Assembly: GCF_000143415.4 (NCBI RefSeq)
Contig: NW_003314299.1
Span: 668,229-732,228 of the forward strand
Length of the DNA: 64,000 nt
From: Selaginella moellendorffii
Taxonomy: Eukaryota > Plantae > Lycopodiophyta
Reading direction: 5' to 3'
Position 1 is the stretch's first letter; the number at the start of each line of letters is the position of its first letter. Shown piece by piece: positions 46,377-64,000 of the stretch. Below the pieces are notes generated by a model. It had not been told where the DNA came from, did no database searches, and worked only from the letters and a program-made list of their open reading frames with translations. Made by a program: the position numbers and the translations under genes.

Positions 46377-48642
46377 ATGTGCAAGTCGAGTGATCATCTC
46401 CCTGATTCCGCCACCGTCACCACCACCACCACCACGGCTACCGGCGCCGCCGTCGCCGCCGCCCCCGAGTCCAGCATCGCCGCTCGAATGGCTCCTTCAT
46501 CCGACAGCAACAATAACGCCACTGTCGCCAACAGCGACCACCAGCGCTTTGCGGAGCTGCCAAGGTTGATCATGAGCCACAGTGTTGTGGACATGCCCCT
46601 GCTGGAGCAGGAGCAGCACAAGATCGGCGCCAAGAACAGCAGCCTCAGCAACGCTGCCGGCGCGGATCAATTCGGGCAGACAATGCGGCAGCCGAATGTC
46701 CCCTCCTCCAAGCTTGACCCTGACAGCACCAAGCAGCACCAAATCTCGGGATTCTTCGCCCACGACTTCGACGGCTACTCGCAGTGGCCCACACCGGCAG
46801 AGGTCTCACTCTCCCTTCTAAATCTCTCTTGCCTTTCTTCGTGTCCCTCTCGCATCCATCCGCATTGCTTGTGGCTTGTCGTTTGATGTTCCATCTGGTT
46901 TCCTGTTTCCAATCGCTTGTTTTGCATTGTCGCTGTCACTATCTTTGCGTTTTAGTCGTATGCCATGCCGTGAAACTGTTTTCTGATTGCCTGGAGTGAC
47001 AACCACAAGTCAACTCCTTGATTTACTGTAGATGCCGGGTCTAGGCATTTGCTGCAAGCTTTGTTTTTGAGTTGTTCTTACATTGGTACTGATCTGATCG
47101 TGCTCTTTTCAGGTTGCCCGCGAGCTGAAGCAGATGGGATCCATCGCCTGCCCCACCGTCGTCACCGGCATCCTCGTCTACCTCCGCTCGCTCATCTCGA
47201 TGCTCTTCCTGGGCCACCTGGGCGAGCTGGAGCTGGCGGGCGGATCGCTCGCCATCGGCTTCGCCAACATCACAGGCTACTCGGTTCTGTCAGGCCTGGC
47301 CATGGGCATGGAGCCCATTTGCGGCCAAGCCTTCGGCGCCCACAAGTGGAAGCTCATGGGTCTCACGCTGCAGCGCTCTGTCGTCTTCCTCTCCTGCTCC
47401 TGCCTCCCGATCGCGCTGCTCTGGCTCAACATGAATCGCATCCTCAACTTCTGCGGCCAGGACCCCGCCGTCACCGCCATGGCTCACAACTACCTCCTCT
47501 TCTCGCTGCCCGACCTCCTCATCCAGGCGCTGCTCAACCCGATCCGCGTCTACCTCCGCACGCAGAAGATCACGCTGCCGATCTCCATCGCCGCCGCCGT
47601 CGCGATCTGCTTCCACGTCCCGGCCAACCTCTTGCTCGTCTCGCACCTCGGCCTGGGCATCCGTGGCGTAGCGCTCGCCGCCGTCGCCACCAATCTCACG
47701 CTCGTCCTCGTCCTCTTGCTCTACGTGATCGCGTCGGGGATCTACAAGCTCTCCTGGCCGGGGATCTCCCGCGATTGCCTGCGCGACTGGAGGCCACTCC
47801 TGGCGCTGGCGATCCCGAGCGCGATCTCGGTGTGCCTCGAGTGGTGGTGGTATGAGCTGATGATCATCTTCTCCGGTCTACTGGTCAACGCTAGGGCTGC
47901 CGTGGCGACCATGGGCGTCCTCATCCAGACGACCGCGCTGGTCTACATCTTCCCCAGCTCGCTGGGGCTGGCGGTTTCGACACGTGTCGGGAACGAGCTG
48001 GGCGCCAACAATCCACGCGGCGCGAGGACAGCGGCCCACGTGGCGCTCTGCTGCGCTGGCGTGCTGGGGCTCGTGGCGATGTCTTTCACGGTCGGGATGC
48101 GCCACGTCTGGGGCTCGCTCTTCACCCGCGACGCCGCCATCTTGAAGCTCGTGGCGGCGGCCATGCCGGTGGTCGGCATGTGCGAGATTGGGAACTGTCC
48201 CCAGACCACGGGTTGCGGCGTGCTTCGCGGGAGCGCGAGGCCGACACTGGGGGCCAACATCAATCTTGGTTCCTTCTACTTTGTGGGGATGCCGGTGGCG
48301 ATGCTTCTAGGGTTTGCGCTGGATGTGGGGTTTGTCGGGCTATGGTTTGGGCTCCTGGCGGCGCAGGGCTCTTGCCTGGTGCTCATGCTCTTTGCGGTGG
48401 GGCGCACGGATTGGGAGCTCCAGGCGTTTAGGGCGCAGGAGCTCACTGGGAGTAGCAATTCCTCCACTCCTTCCAGCTCCGGGAAGATTGGAGCTGCGAA
48501 TTCTATCGACGGGGGTTCCAAGGTGTTCGAGCTGGGGTGTTTGGACTCGGACGAGGACGAGGAGGACAATGGCAGTGACAGCTGCATTGACAATGGCAAA
48601 GACGTGCCGCTCATGGCGATCAAGGTCTCTCCGGCAACGTGA
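46377..48642 (+). CDS. MATE/DTX efflux transporter (DTX48-56-like clade), 2 exons
   Basis: Exons 46377-46802 and 47113-48642: WPTPAE|VARELKQMGSIACP, LGHLGELELAGGSLAIGFANITGYS, CLEWWWYE, STRVGNELGAN, GNCPQTTGCGVLRGSARP. Confidence 0.93.
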
Positions 48643-48936
48643 AGCTCGTCGCCGTGGATCCAAGGGAGGGGTGTTCCACCTTTTGGCGTGGAATCTTTTG
48701 CTTCTTCACGGTTTTGATGTCGATCTGGAGGGAAATCTAAGAGACGGATATTCGGGGCACCGGAGAAACTGAAAGAGCAGTTTTTGTCGGTAAACAGGGG
48801 TCAAAGAAACACAAACTTTGTTCTTCTTCCTTTTAATGTAACTGTTTCCTGTTATGTTAACCACCTAATCTTTAGTTTGCCACCTTTTCGAAAAGGGCGA
48901 TTGATAAAGGCTGCTACCTTTTTAAGCGAGTGTAAA

Positions 48937-49017
48937 GTTGAGATGGCCGAGTTGGTCTAAGGCGCCAGATTAAGGTTCTGGTCCGCAAGGGCGTGGGTTC
49001 GAATCCCACTCTCAACA
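48937..49017 (+). tRNA. tRNA-Leu (AAG)
   Basis: GTTGAGATGGCCGAGTTGGTCTAAGGCGCCAGATTAAGGTTCTGGTCCGCAAGGGCGTGGGTTCGAATCCCACTCTCAACA; variable arm, anticodon AAG. Confidence 0.95.
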
Positions 49018-50220
49018 AATTTCTCACTTTGTTTCTTTATATTCTTACGAAGATTGCCATACCATATGGCATTTGCCATTGCGCATAGTTTATGATTTGC
49101 CTCCTGGCTCATTGCAAAAGCCATTCAAGGCACGCCACATGGATTAAATGGTATCAAAACCCCACCGAATATCCCTCCCATCGTGCGCGAATCTCTCTCT
49201 GTCCAATTCTTTGGATGGACCACGCAGAGTATTTCTCTATGGCCTTTGTCAGTCCTTCACTCAAACAAAAAACCTCTCCATACTCTCGGCGATGACTACC
49301 CGCCAACTAACGGTAGATGTATAACTCTTTTAGTTCTCATCTCGTGAAAAATTCCAGGGGGGAGATTCGAACCCAAACAAAGCAAAAAAGAAAATACTTT
49401 TGTACTCGGGACATATTCCGTCAGCGTTGACGTAACTAGGCGCGGAAAAACCCGCATCCGCATCGCGCTCGCATCGCATGGCATCGAGCTTAACGAACGA
49501 AATTATGACGCTAAGCTGGCGCTGACGTCACGCCCCTCATGATTGCCGGGCACGTGAGTTGGGAAAAACCCGACAAATTACTCATAAAAACGGCGACACG
49601 TACGTCCCGTATTCGTAGCGTATATCAATGGTAGCAGTACTAGTAGTCTTAGTCGTCGTAGGGTCGTGGGCCTTGGACGCTGCGAAGACTGGCGAAGAAT
49701 AGAAAGAAGATTAGACCTTTCTTTCCCGACGACCAAAAACCACCCTACGTGGTTCTTCCCCAAGGAGGCCTGACGTAGGCCATGTCCCATCCCATGCGTC
49801 ATCCACACCATACGGCCCCAAGTACAATGCAGTGACGCCACCGCTGCGTAGAGATACGGCCGGTCTCGGAAGCTCAAACGCCCTACATTCTCGGTACCGG
49901 GGGTAAATATACGCCAGGCGCAAGGCGTACGTAGTGGCAAGAATTTAGTGTTGGAGGTAGGCTTTTTAGCTCGTCAGTGCACAGGGGCGTGGTCGCAATA
50001 GCCATTTGAGACGTGGTTATTGGAAGAGGGTAAAGTTTCCAATTTACCGCCCACCATCTTTCTCTGGGCCTGGCCCGTAGTAGTAGTGGTATAAAAACTT
50101 GTAAAAAATCGTGGTGGTATTCCTGTCTAGATCTCTTGACCGGCGCCTCCACGTGGGAAGCATACGTCTTTTGTATTCATGGCATGTCTATCCAACTGGC
50201 GCAACCGAAAGAACGTTCTT

Positions 50221-50342
50221 GGGATGGATGGGATGGGATGGGGATGGGGATGGGGATGGGGTAGGCATGGCATTGCACGTCATGGATGAATGGGCGATGG
50301 GTATGGATGGGATGGATGGGTATGGCATCAATGGCATTCATG
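50221..50342 (+). repeat. (GGATG/GGGAT)n low-complexity tract with G-quadruplex potential
   Basis: gggatggatgggatgggatggggatggggatggggatgggg and further ggatgg units. Confidence 0.7.
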
Positions 50343-51225
50343 GACGACACTGTGATCAAGGAAAGGGAATTTTGTGTTTGTTGGCTCCTGGGGAGGGGAT
50401 GAATCGACAAGGTGGCGCAGTGGCAGATCAATCCATTGCGAGTGTTCCCCGAAAGGGTGGCGCCCTAAGACAATCCTGGCGCATTACAAATCGAAAGCCC
50501 GCCATCAATCCCGCGCGGGGAGCCCGGCCTGGGAGGACGAAACAAAAAGATTTTGCTGCCCACGACTGGGACGGCATTGCCAAATGATTGGCGCGCCGTG
50601 GCTACATACACAGATGCCAAGGCGGGGCAAATGCAATGGCAAAAAAGCAAAAAAGAAGAGAGCTTTGGAGAGACAATCTTTGTGTTTGTATTTGGGTGGT
50701 GGTGGTGGTGGTGGTCAGTGATTGGTATAATCTATCGAGATCCCTCCAGAGCTAGGGGAATCTCTGGGGAGATGAAAACTATGATTCCTCCCCTTGCAAG
50801 TCATCCGGTCAATAGATTCTCCCGGACAAACAACCAGCAAGAAAACAAGCATGGACAAGATGCCCTAGGCCAACCATATGGGATGAAAGTTTATAAGCCT
50901 CCAAGGTGTGAAAGTGGTGCGAGCTAGCGAATCATTGAATAGAGCGGTTGAATCTCCCTAGATCCGGAGATCCCGGTGTGATAGGGTGTAAAGGGCTATG
51001 GCCGACATGGACATGGCAACCATGCCACTTCCTTGTAACTAAATATCAGCACACACGGCCAGAGCGCCCTCTTTACTTCTAACAGAACGCCGATGTAAAC
51101 GTTCCAACCAATTCCTCTTGCCCTAAATTCCAGAATATCCGGGGGCATCAAGAAATTTGAAAAATAGCGCGGGGGCGGGTGGTTTGAATTAGGGATATTC
51201 TGGAAATTAGGGCTTAAGTTAAGGT

Positions 51226-55833
<4,608 letters not shown>

Positions 55834-56085
55834 TTCCAGAACCAACACAATGGAGGATCAGCCACAACGATGTGTTTCGTCACTGCAATTTCAGAAACAC
55901 GGACCAAATCGAATCATCATCTCCTCCAAACTAAAAAAGAAATGGAAAAACTAAAGAGAAAATCTCTGCTCAGGCAACGAGTGCGTTGTTCTCAGCGATG
56001 GATTGAATCCATCTCCATAGTCTAACATGTAAAATCAATGGCATCACAGCAGAGAGAAGGCGCCGGAAGAAGGCGGCGCCCAAGA

Positions 56086-56118
56086 AACCCTAGAACCTAA
56101 AACCCTATGTAAACCCTA
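56086..56118 (+). promoter_or_regulatory. Cluster of three telo-boxes (AAACCCTA) upstream of the nucleotide-sugar transporter
   Basis: aaaccctagaacctaaaaccctatgtaaacccta; single telo-boxes also occur near 22555 and 41648. Confidence 0.5.
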
Positions 56119-56618
56119 GCCGGAAGTCCCAGGTTTAAAGCCCATTGGCGTTACGTCGACGTCTGTAACAGTAAGTCCGGCGTATATTCCGGGAAGGAAT
56201 ATACCCTAGGCGATGCGGCATTTAACGTGTAGGCTTGTCTCTATCTCTGCTGTGATCAGCGTTCTCTCTTGTAGGGAAGGCGGAAAAGCCAGCTACTGGT
56301 CACAGGGGCGGATCCAAGGCGCTCGGGCTTGTCCCCATTGCCGCTGCCACGGGCGCTTCCTCCAAATCCCCAGCTGGAGCTCGAGATCTTGTAAGAAATC
56401 TCTCCTCCTCTCCGCCTCTTCTTGCAATCTCTCTCTCGCTCGCTCGCGGATTCGATCGAAATATCTCTGCCACGCGCTTCTTGATTGATGCCTCGCTCTA
56501 GGTTAGATTGAGAGGAGCTCCCGCGCCTGGATCTCTCCTTAGGTCGCGCAATAGTGGAATTTCGGCCCTAGCTTGGAATGCGGGTTGATAATCTCTCGAT
56601 TTTCCATTGCAGGCGCCA

Positions 56619-58100
56619 ATGAGCGAGAAGGAGGAGGAGATGAGAGACAAACAGGGTCCGCAGATCGGCACGGTGGGAGCGCTCGGCCTCTCGGTGATAT
56701 CATCCGTGGCCATTGTAATTTGCAACAAGGCGCTCATCACTACGCTGGGATTTAACTTTGGTAAGTGCATTGCTCTTTTGTTCTTGGATTTCTCTTTGTG
56801 TTCTTTCTTTCCTCTGTGTGTTCTAATCTTTCTCGTACAATCTGGGTGGTATCACAGCGACCACGCTAACTGGCTGGCATTTGCTCGTCACGTACTGCTC
56901 CCTCCACGTCGCTCGCTGGCTGAAGCTCTTCGAGCACAAGCCGTTCGATGCGAGAACTGTGATGGGATTCGGCGTTCTAAACGGCATCTCGATTGGCCTC
57001 CTCAATCTCACGCTTGGCTTCAACTCGGTTGGATTCTACCAGGCAAGAATAATTTCCTTTGTGCCACCTTATTCGTGAAGTCCAAGGAACGCGTTTTTTA
57101 GCTCTTTTGTTGTGCAGATGACCAAACTCGCGATCATTCCTTGCACAGTGCTTTTGGAGACGGTGTTCTTACGGAAAGTTTTCAGGTAACTGTGGTTGCC
57201 TTTGTCTCGTCGGTGGCTTATGATGGTTTACTTGTTGCAGTAAAAGCATTCAGCTTGCCTTGCTGCTACTTCTCGTTGGTGTGGGAATTGCCACCATAAC
57301 AGATCTCCAGCTTAACGCTCTTGGTTCTGTTTTATCCGTCTTCGCGATTGTCACGACTTGTGTTGCGCAGATCGTATCCTTTTGATTCACCTGAGTTTGT
57401 GCGTTTTCCAGGGGATCTCCTTAACGTTCTTGTTTGCGTCAGATGACCAACACTATTCAGAAAAAGTTCAAAGTTTCGTCCACGCAGCTACTATACCAAT
57501 CTTGCCCTTACCAAGCTACAACGTTGATACTTACTGGTCCTTTCTTGGATGGCCTTCTTACTGGGGAAAATGTGTTCGCTTTCTACTACACCTACAAAGT
57601 TCTGGTAAGCACATGCTTTTTATCCGCCTATGAAACGCCTTTTTTTTTCTTTGCCTTTACAGCTATTCATCATCCTTTCTTGCTTGATTTCCGTTTCTGT
57701 GAACTTCAGCACATTCCTTGTTATAGGGAAGACGTCGCCGGTGACTTACCAAGTCTTAGGCCACCTTAAGACGTGTCTCGTTTTGGCCTTCGGGTACATT
57801 CTGCTGCAAAATCCTTTCAGCTGGAAAAACATTTTTGGTATTGCGGTGGCGGTGGTGGGAATGGGTGTCTACTCCTACGTTAGCGTTCTAGAAAACCAGC
57901 TAAAGCAAAACGAAATTGCGACAACTCTTCCTCAGGTATATGCAGAAGCTGGTTTGTTCAGAGGCTTGATATTGTCTCTACAGGTGATGAAGCAGGAGCA
58001 GGATCCTTTGCTGCACGAGAATGGAAATGGAACAGCACAAAAGGATGTCGAGGAACCTGTGACAACGTGGATCAAATCTGACTCAGGAAAAGATTTTTGA
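56619..58100 (+). CDS. Nucleotide-sugar transporter (UDP-xylose transporter UXT-like, TPT/NST family), multi-exon
   Basis: QIGTVGALGLSVISSVAIVICNKAL, GFNSVGFYQ|MTKLAIIPCTV, QKKFKVSSTQLLYQSCPYQ, VNFSTFLVIGKTSPVTYQVLGHLKT. Confidence 0.92.
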
Positions 58101-58487
58101 GGCTCTCATCGTTGCTCTATAATTGTAGATAAGGTGTGTGCTTCTTTCTTTGTCCTGTCATCTCTTAATGGGCGGTTCACACTGCACAGGTGGCGATGCT
58201 AGCTTTACAGCCAGTGCACGTAAATACATTGCATGGCTCGATAACAAGCTTTTGTGCTTCTGCGAAGAAGAATGCAAGATTTTTTGTAGAATTTGAAAGG
58301 TCTTCTTTTGCTAATGGCGACTTTAGCGTTACAGGGTGTAGTGACTTTTCTTGCGTTTGCTGGTACCGCCTATATTTTATCAAGTATATGATCGTGTTAT
58401 GCTTATTGGCACTTGCGTGATTTGCTACAGAATCACGATCAAAATGAATGAGACAGGTATCCTCCTTTCCAATTGAATTTAGGACAC

Positions 58488-59959
58488 TCACCGTGTGTTA
58501 CTCTCTTTGCCAGGCCAGAGACTCATGTCGGTCTTTGGGATTGGATTATATGGATGGTGCTCCCAGTATTCTTGAGGGGCACTTGCCTGTGCATGATGGT
58601 CTCCAACGAGCATGGCTGGATCCATGTCCTCCATTTGACGAACAACGTCCACGTCCCATATGCCGTGATCAACATTGGAGGGAGGATTGACAAAGGCATA
58701 ACTAAAACCTTCCTGGTTTCTATGAACGTTATCGGACTCCGAGAACAGAACTTCCTGTTCGGTCTTTACTCCGTTGCCTTCCCAGTCCACATTCACCGGG
58801 TTATACTCAAAAGGAATGCTGAGGAACTCGCTGTTGGGACGTGGGAAATAGCTGCTGCTGATGACAACAGAGTCCGTGCAAGACGAGCTCATTGTTGCTG
58901 AGTTGAAGGAACTCTGCAAGCCCCGCGTCTGGTCCCAGTAGTTTGCGAAGTTGAAACCACCTGGACCGGCAGTTCTAGCGACGGAAGCCGCCACACCGTG
59001 CTGGTTATCGGTGTGGTCCTGGACTGTGGAGGAACTATTATGAGAAAACATACTCGCCGGGGATGCAGGGGGTCCTCTTGCGGATGATGTTCCAACGTCA
59101 GCATCGAGAGAGCCGTGTTCGTGGTCATCTGTGAGCAGCTTGTGGAACGAGACTTTACCTCTTTGGCTGGGCCTTCCGCGTGGTGGCCGATGATGGTGGT
59201 CACTGGACGAAGACGAGGATCCTGCATTGGTGCTCTTGCTCCGCTGACAGGAACAAGAGCCTCTTCCTTGCATGGCCTCCTGTTCCACTTCTTCCAGAGG
59301 CCTGTGCGTGTGAGGATCGATCCCCATGCTACGGAGCTTCTTTTTGAGGTGAGTGTTCCAGTAATTCTTTATTTCGTTGTCCGTGCGTCCTGCTAACCGG
59401 CCCGCGATCAGTGACCATCTGCAGATAATATGAAACCATGGATCAGGATTTAGAAATTCAGACTTTTGGACAAAGCATCTTAGCATGTGGTACAAAATTG
59501 ATGCATTTTTCGGAGAGACTAACTCGAATTTGTTTCAGAATGAGAGAGATCAAGGAAAAGACATGATAATTCAGTCCAGTGCAAGCCAGCAGAAACTCAA
59601 GCAGCTCTCCATTTTTACCTGTTACCAAGCAGCGAATGCAACTTAATGATGAGCTCGTCCTCCTCCTCGGTGATGTTTCCTCGTTTGAGATCAGGCCGGA
59701 GGTAATTGATCCACCTCAGCCTGCAACTTTTACCACACCGTCTCAGTCCTGTGCAACAAAAAAAAAAAAAACAATCATGAGCGTAAGGTATGTAAGTGAA
59801 TTCATCAAAATTGACTGGCTTAATACCTGCTTGTTTCGGCAATGTACGCCAGGATCCTTCGCCGTGTGCGGTAATATACTTGATCAGGAGAGCATCCTCC
59901 TCTCTCGTCCAGGGGCCCCTGTTGAGTCCCACTTTTTCGCAACATGGAGCCCGCCCCAT
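58488..59959 (-). CDS. R2R3-MYB transcription factor, 3 exons
   Basis: Canonical exons of 133 nt (59959-59827) and 130 nt (59748-59619), third exon from 59418. MGRAPCCEK...[48 protein letters not shown] motif. Confidence 0.95.
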
Positions 59960-61802
59960 CCTCGTCCTTGTCTGCAAAAACAATCCCCATGGAGGCGGCC
60001 ATCCTTTGATATCAGTACCACGAGTATGTTATAAAGAGGAGGAGAATTCTCTGCCGGGACAGAGAGCACAACTGCGAGTCCGCGCTCATACTTACATGAC
60101 TCCGAGTCCGCGAGAGCGTGGAATTTAAGTAAGCCTTTGCGAAAGTGACTGTGAGAGACTTGGTGTGAACTTTGCTTACTCGTTGCTTATTGCTTCAGCA
60201 GGATTACCGGAGGAGGAGGAGGAGAGTGTGCCTGCACGGATTTGCAAGAGTCAATAGTGGCGCAGCGAATGCATTTGAAATGGGAGACACAAGCGTGGAG
60301 TTTCTAAGCTGAAGGATCCTGACAGTGGGAGAGACTAGAAGCGAAAGACCAGGCGACTAAACTCACGAGAATTCCTCTTCGTCAAGAGGTGCGTAAGAGA
60401 TGTTGGACTAAAATGGATTCTCGTTTGCTTGGTTAAGCACAGTTCTAGTAGCTCCCTGGCCAGCGCCCTCGACTTTAAAAGTTGCTCGTGAACTTTCCAA
60501 GAGATGAACATGCAAGCGGGGGCATCAACGTCGCCGACAGCGAAATCTATCGCATCAAAGGTGTTTTTATTTTTCCTTCTTTTCTTCCTTTTTGTGTCAG
60601 GAAGAAAAAATGGATCCGGGGCGCGCTAATAGGCAGCCACTAAGCCGGATTAGACACGGAGAAGAGAGAAAAGGTGGCAGGCAGTGGCACGAAACGCAAT
60701 CGCAATCCAGCACAAAACACAACATAGTCAAGAAAGATGACGCACCCGACTGGCGGGATAGCGATACCGCGCCCGTTGGATCCGGGCACCAGAACGGACG
60801 GCCCACAATCGAAGTTGGCCCGCCAGCCGTCCGATCGCGGATCTCGCAACGGTGAATGCCTAGAGATTATATCTCTTTTTTGGCGTGGAAAGGGGGGCTC
60901 TTTTGTCAATGCAGCTTGGATCCTCACAGCTTTCACTTGCAGCACGGAGTGAAAGAGAAAGAGAAAGAGAGAGAGAGAGAGAGCGCTTTCGAGAAAGAAT
61001 GGGTGCTCTGATCGGCCCAGCAACCAGAGCACACACCCATCCCTCGCGAAGGAATCATTTTCTGGAAGAAATTTTTGGATCAGCGTGTCAGATCCAGTGT
61101 CACACGGCCTTGAATTTTATGCTCACGATTCTCCCGTACGCTCACCCCATTGCTCCCGTACTGAGAGTGTTCTCTTCTCCGTACGGACGGAGGCAAATGT
61201 ACGTACCGTACCGTGCCCTCCGCTGATCAGATCGTTGTATACATTCATTCTTTCCTGGTCTTGCGAATCATAGAATCGGTTTACTTTTTTCCTTCAATTT
61301 TTTTTTTCCTTTTTTTTTTCAATTATCTCATGGCCGGGAATCCCTTCGCATACGGCTGCTTTCGCACGAGAAAGCGACCCAAGATTATTTGCTTGAAAAA
61401 ACGCCCCCCAGATGAGATAATTACCGAGCATCCTGCAGCGCTGCCGCCAATGATCGAGCAAAGTCTTACGTAAACACCACCTCTTTTCCCTTCTCCTTCG
61501 CAGTCCCATTCCTCCACCAAACGCCCCCAATGCTCTCCCCCTGTCAATCCATAGACAGACACCACCTGTTTCCTCGCTAATCGCCGACGCTGACGCGAAA
61601 ACCCTGCCGCTTTTCTCCACGTTACAAAAGGAAGAAAAGAAAAAAAAGACACTTCCATCCATACCTCCGTATCAAATTCGTGGATTTCAATCGGACACTG
61701 GTCCAGCCGAGCTGAAGCTATCAGAATTGACCGCTGGGAAAAAAACCACCAAATTCTTATCCCCTGGCCCTGCTCCAAGCTCCCAAAACAAAAAAAAAAC
61801 AC

Positions 61803-64000
61803 TCACACCTTCGATGACCATCTCCAAAGAGTGGAGTACTCGCCCGTTTTCGGCTGCTCCGAATCACGGACTCCCATTCCCGTTCCCGTCCTAGTAAAGA
61901 TTGCCATCTGCGAAGCGAAACCTGGTTCTTGGCCGGGCGTCCCACCGACACCGGAGAACTCTACCGAGTAGCCGTATGTACAAGCTAAGTCCGAGGCCCA
62001 GTCGCTAAACTCCGCCCTTGTCCACTCAAACCTGTGGTCGTCGTTTCTAAGCCGGACAGTTTCGTCACCCTCTGCCTTCTTTGCGTCTAGAGTTTCCTCT
62101 AAGCCTTCGCTCTTCTCCTTTCTAGTTACTATACCGTGGAGGATTGGATTGTACTCGATGTTTGGAGTCGACACCAGCAGTACCTTCGGTTGCATTATCC
62201 CAAGGATGCTCTTCCCGAACCTTGATAACGGTTCCGGATCCATATGCTCGACCACCTAGAAAATAACCAGCAGAAAGAAAAACTGTGTATAATGAAACAC
62301 TTGCATTACCTCTAGGCAAGTTGCAACGTCAAAGTTATGGAGCCGGTGATCTGGCTCCACAATCGAGCCTTCATACAACGTCACGCTCTCCAGGGCACCA
62401 CGGAGTTTCGCTAGCTTTCCTTGTAGTGACTACAAAAGCACCAAAGTTAGATTGGAAAAACCAAAACGTAATACGTTTGGTACCTTCGATGCTCTTGTGA
62501 GGCTTCTCAAGGAGATATCCACACCGACTATATGCTGCAGGCTGTTTGGCTGTTCTACTATAGCTTCCAAAAAGCTCCCTGATCCACACCCAAAGTCGAT
62601 CTAAACAAACCACACTAAGCATTCATCATTAGCAAAATAGAGATGGCTTACCAAGGATAAAGCTTGCGACCGTTGGAAAAGCTCAAGCGCAAAATCGATG
62701 CGCTGTCTCGAAAGCGGCGGTGAAAACACGGCGGACTCCATCCTGGCTTCGGCAGCCTCCACATATTTTAGCAACGAGACGGTGTACTCCAGAGACAAGC
62801 TCCCTGAAAAAGAAACAAAAAATAAAAAAGTAAAAAACATTCGTATCACTAAAAAATTCAGGGAGCCAAAATTGTCAAAGTACCTGGAAGAACATCGTGG
62901 AAAAGAGCTGCGTCGACCTTCTCAGTAGCCAGCAGCAAATCGACGGACGGCAAAGGCGTAGAGAAGCGAGCACTCTGACCAACACACATGCCAGTAACAC
63001 ATGTGTCGAGAAGGCCAAGCACAGCCCCACTGCCCAGTTCGAACTCAATGTCACTTTGCTTCTCTACATTTATAGCAACAGCCCCGACACATAATCTGGC
63101 ACTGTACTCCACATGAACCATGGAGCCGATAGGTGGCCTGTCGCAAGTCTTCTCTTCTCCTTCCGTAACCTCAAAGAGAGCCTGCCTGCTTGTTTCATCC
63201 TCACCGGAGCTTTGGTTCGAGCTACTCATGAGATGAGCGAGTGAAGTGTCGAAGTAGAGCAATGCTTGCAAACAGGCGCTCTGTATTGCGTCGTTGCGGT
63301 TCCTGTATGACCTCTCGGACTCGAATTCCCGCGGTGCACCACACACGAGCATTCTCAGCTTGCACAGAAACGGTCCTTGCGCAGCGTTTACGTTGCCATT
63401 GTTCTCGGCTTGATCTGTCTGGTCCGAAGTATCAGCTGTGCAACCGTGATCTTCATATCCGGCGCATGAGTCGTTTGAGTCTCCTTTGACGGGGTAAGAG
63501 CAGAACGTCGGAGCCAGAAGGTGAGACTGGTGGCAGAACTCGTTTAGCAGAGACCGTGGCGTCGAGCCTCTCCACCTCGATTTTGATGTGAAAGTCGGTG
63601 GAAGTTCAGCCGTCAAAAGAGCCCCTCTCGAAAGCTTGTAGCTTCCAGATGGAGATTTTCCAAGAGCTAGCCTGGTGAAAGTGTTAGTTCACTAAATAAG
63701 TTTGACTTTCAGAATGTACCTGTAGTAGCACCCCAACGACACGTCGTCGTAGCAAAGGCGACCTTCGGACTTCCAGGTAGAGCCGACAGCAGCGAGAATA
63801 GCATTACCATACACAGAATGGCTAGTAAGCGTACTTGCCCGCATATTTACTCCTGAACTCTTATCATCTCTTTCAGCAAGGCGCCAAAACAAACGAGTCC
63901 CAGAGGGAGCCTTGGTAATAGATCTGAAAAACACAAAGTCAGACCGAATAAGGAAACACGTAAGAAAACTTCTATACCTCGAGATTAGTACGCGAGCACC
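61803..64000 (-). CDS. HEN1: Small RNA 2'-O-methyltransferase HEN1 (3' portion; gene continues beyond the window)
   Basis: dsRBD-like WRGSTPRSLLNEFCHQ, FKBP-like segment, FSPPLSRQR, DFGCGSG SAM-binding motif, EVVEHM, VSTPNIEYN, RNDDHRFEWTRAEF. Confidence 0.92.

Noticed and set aside
45548-46569. ORFs with HT or CV dipeptide runs
   Set aside because: Translations of the GT microsatellite.

Overview
Eukaryotic plant nuclear DNA, gene-dense with many very short (~45-70 nt) introns and SS-rich PLS-type PPR genes. This suggests a non-seed land plant, probably the lycophyte Selaginella (inference). Two gene-rich arms (1-25.3 kb and 41.6-64 kb) flank a ~16 kb AT-rich, decayed transposon island. Left arm: two PPR genes, a secreted LRR protein, a MASE1-sensor hybrid histidine kinase, a calmodulin-like protein, a GT17 GlcNAc-transferase, a coiled-coil protein resembling ciliary IQCE and an HTH-plus-RRM protein. 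Right arm: a CTL/SLC44 transporter, an intronless papain-fold ORF lacking both catalytic residues, a MATE transporter, a PI 3-kinase, a UXT-like nucleotide-sugar transporter, an R2R3-MYB and the 3' part of HEN1. There are four tRNA genes. The most striking feature is the PI3K: it has class I motifs ([34 protein letters not shown]), a Ras-binding-like domain and an N-terminal PH domain, whereas model plants have only class III Vps34. The island holds a cleanly bounded Helitron carrying RPA70-like and RING-finger genes, a decayed copy of the neighbouring gene, gypsy pol remnants and an LTR end containing a 5S rRNA promoter segment (Cassandra-like). Family assignments come from motif recognition by eye; no searches were run.
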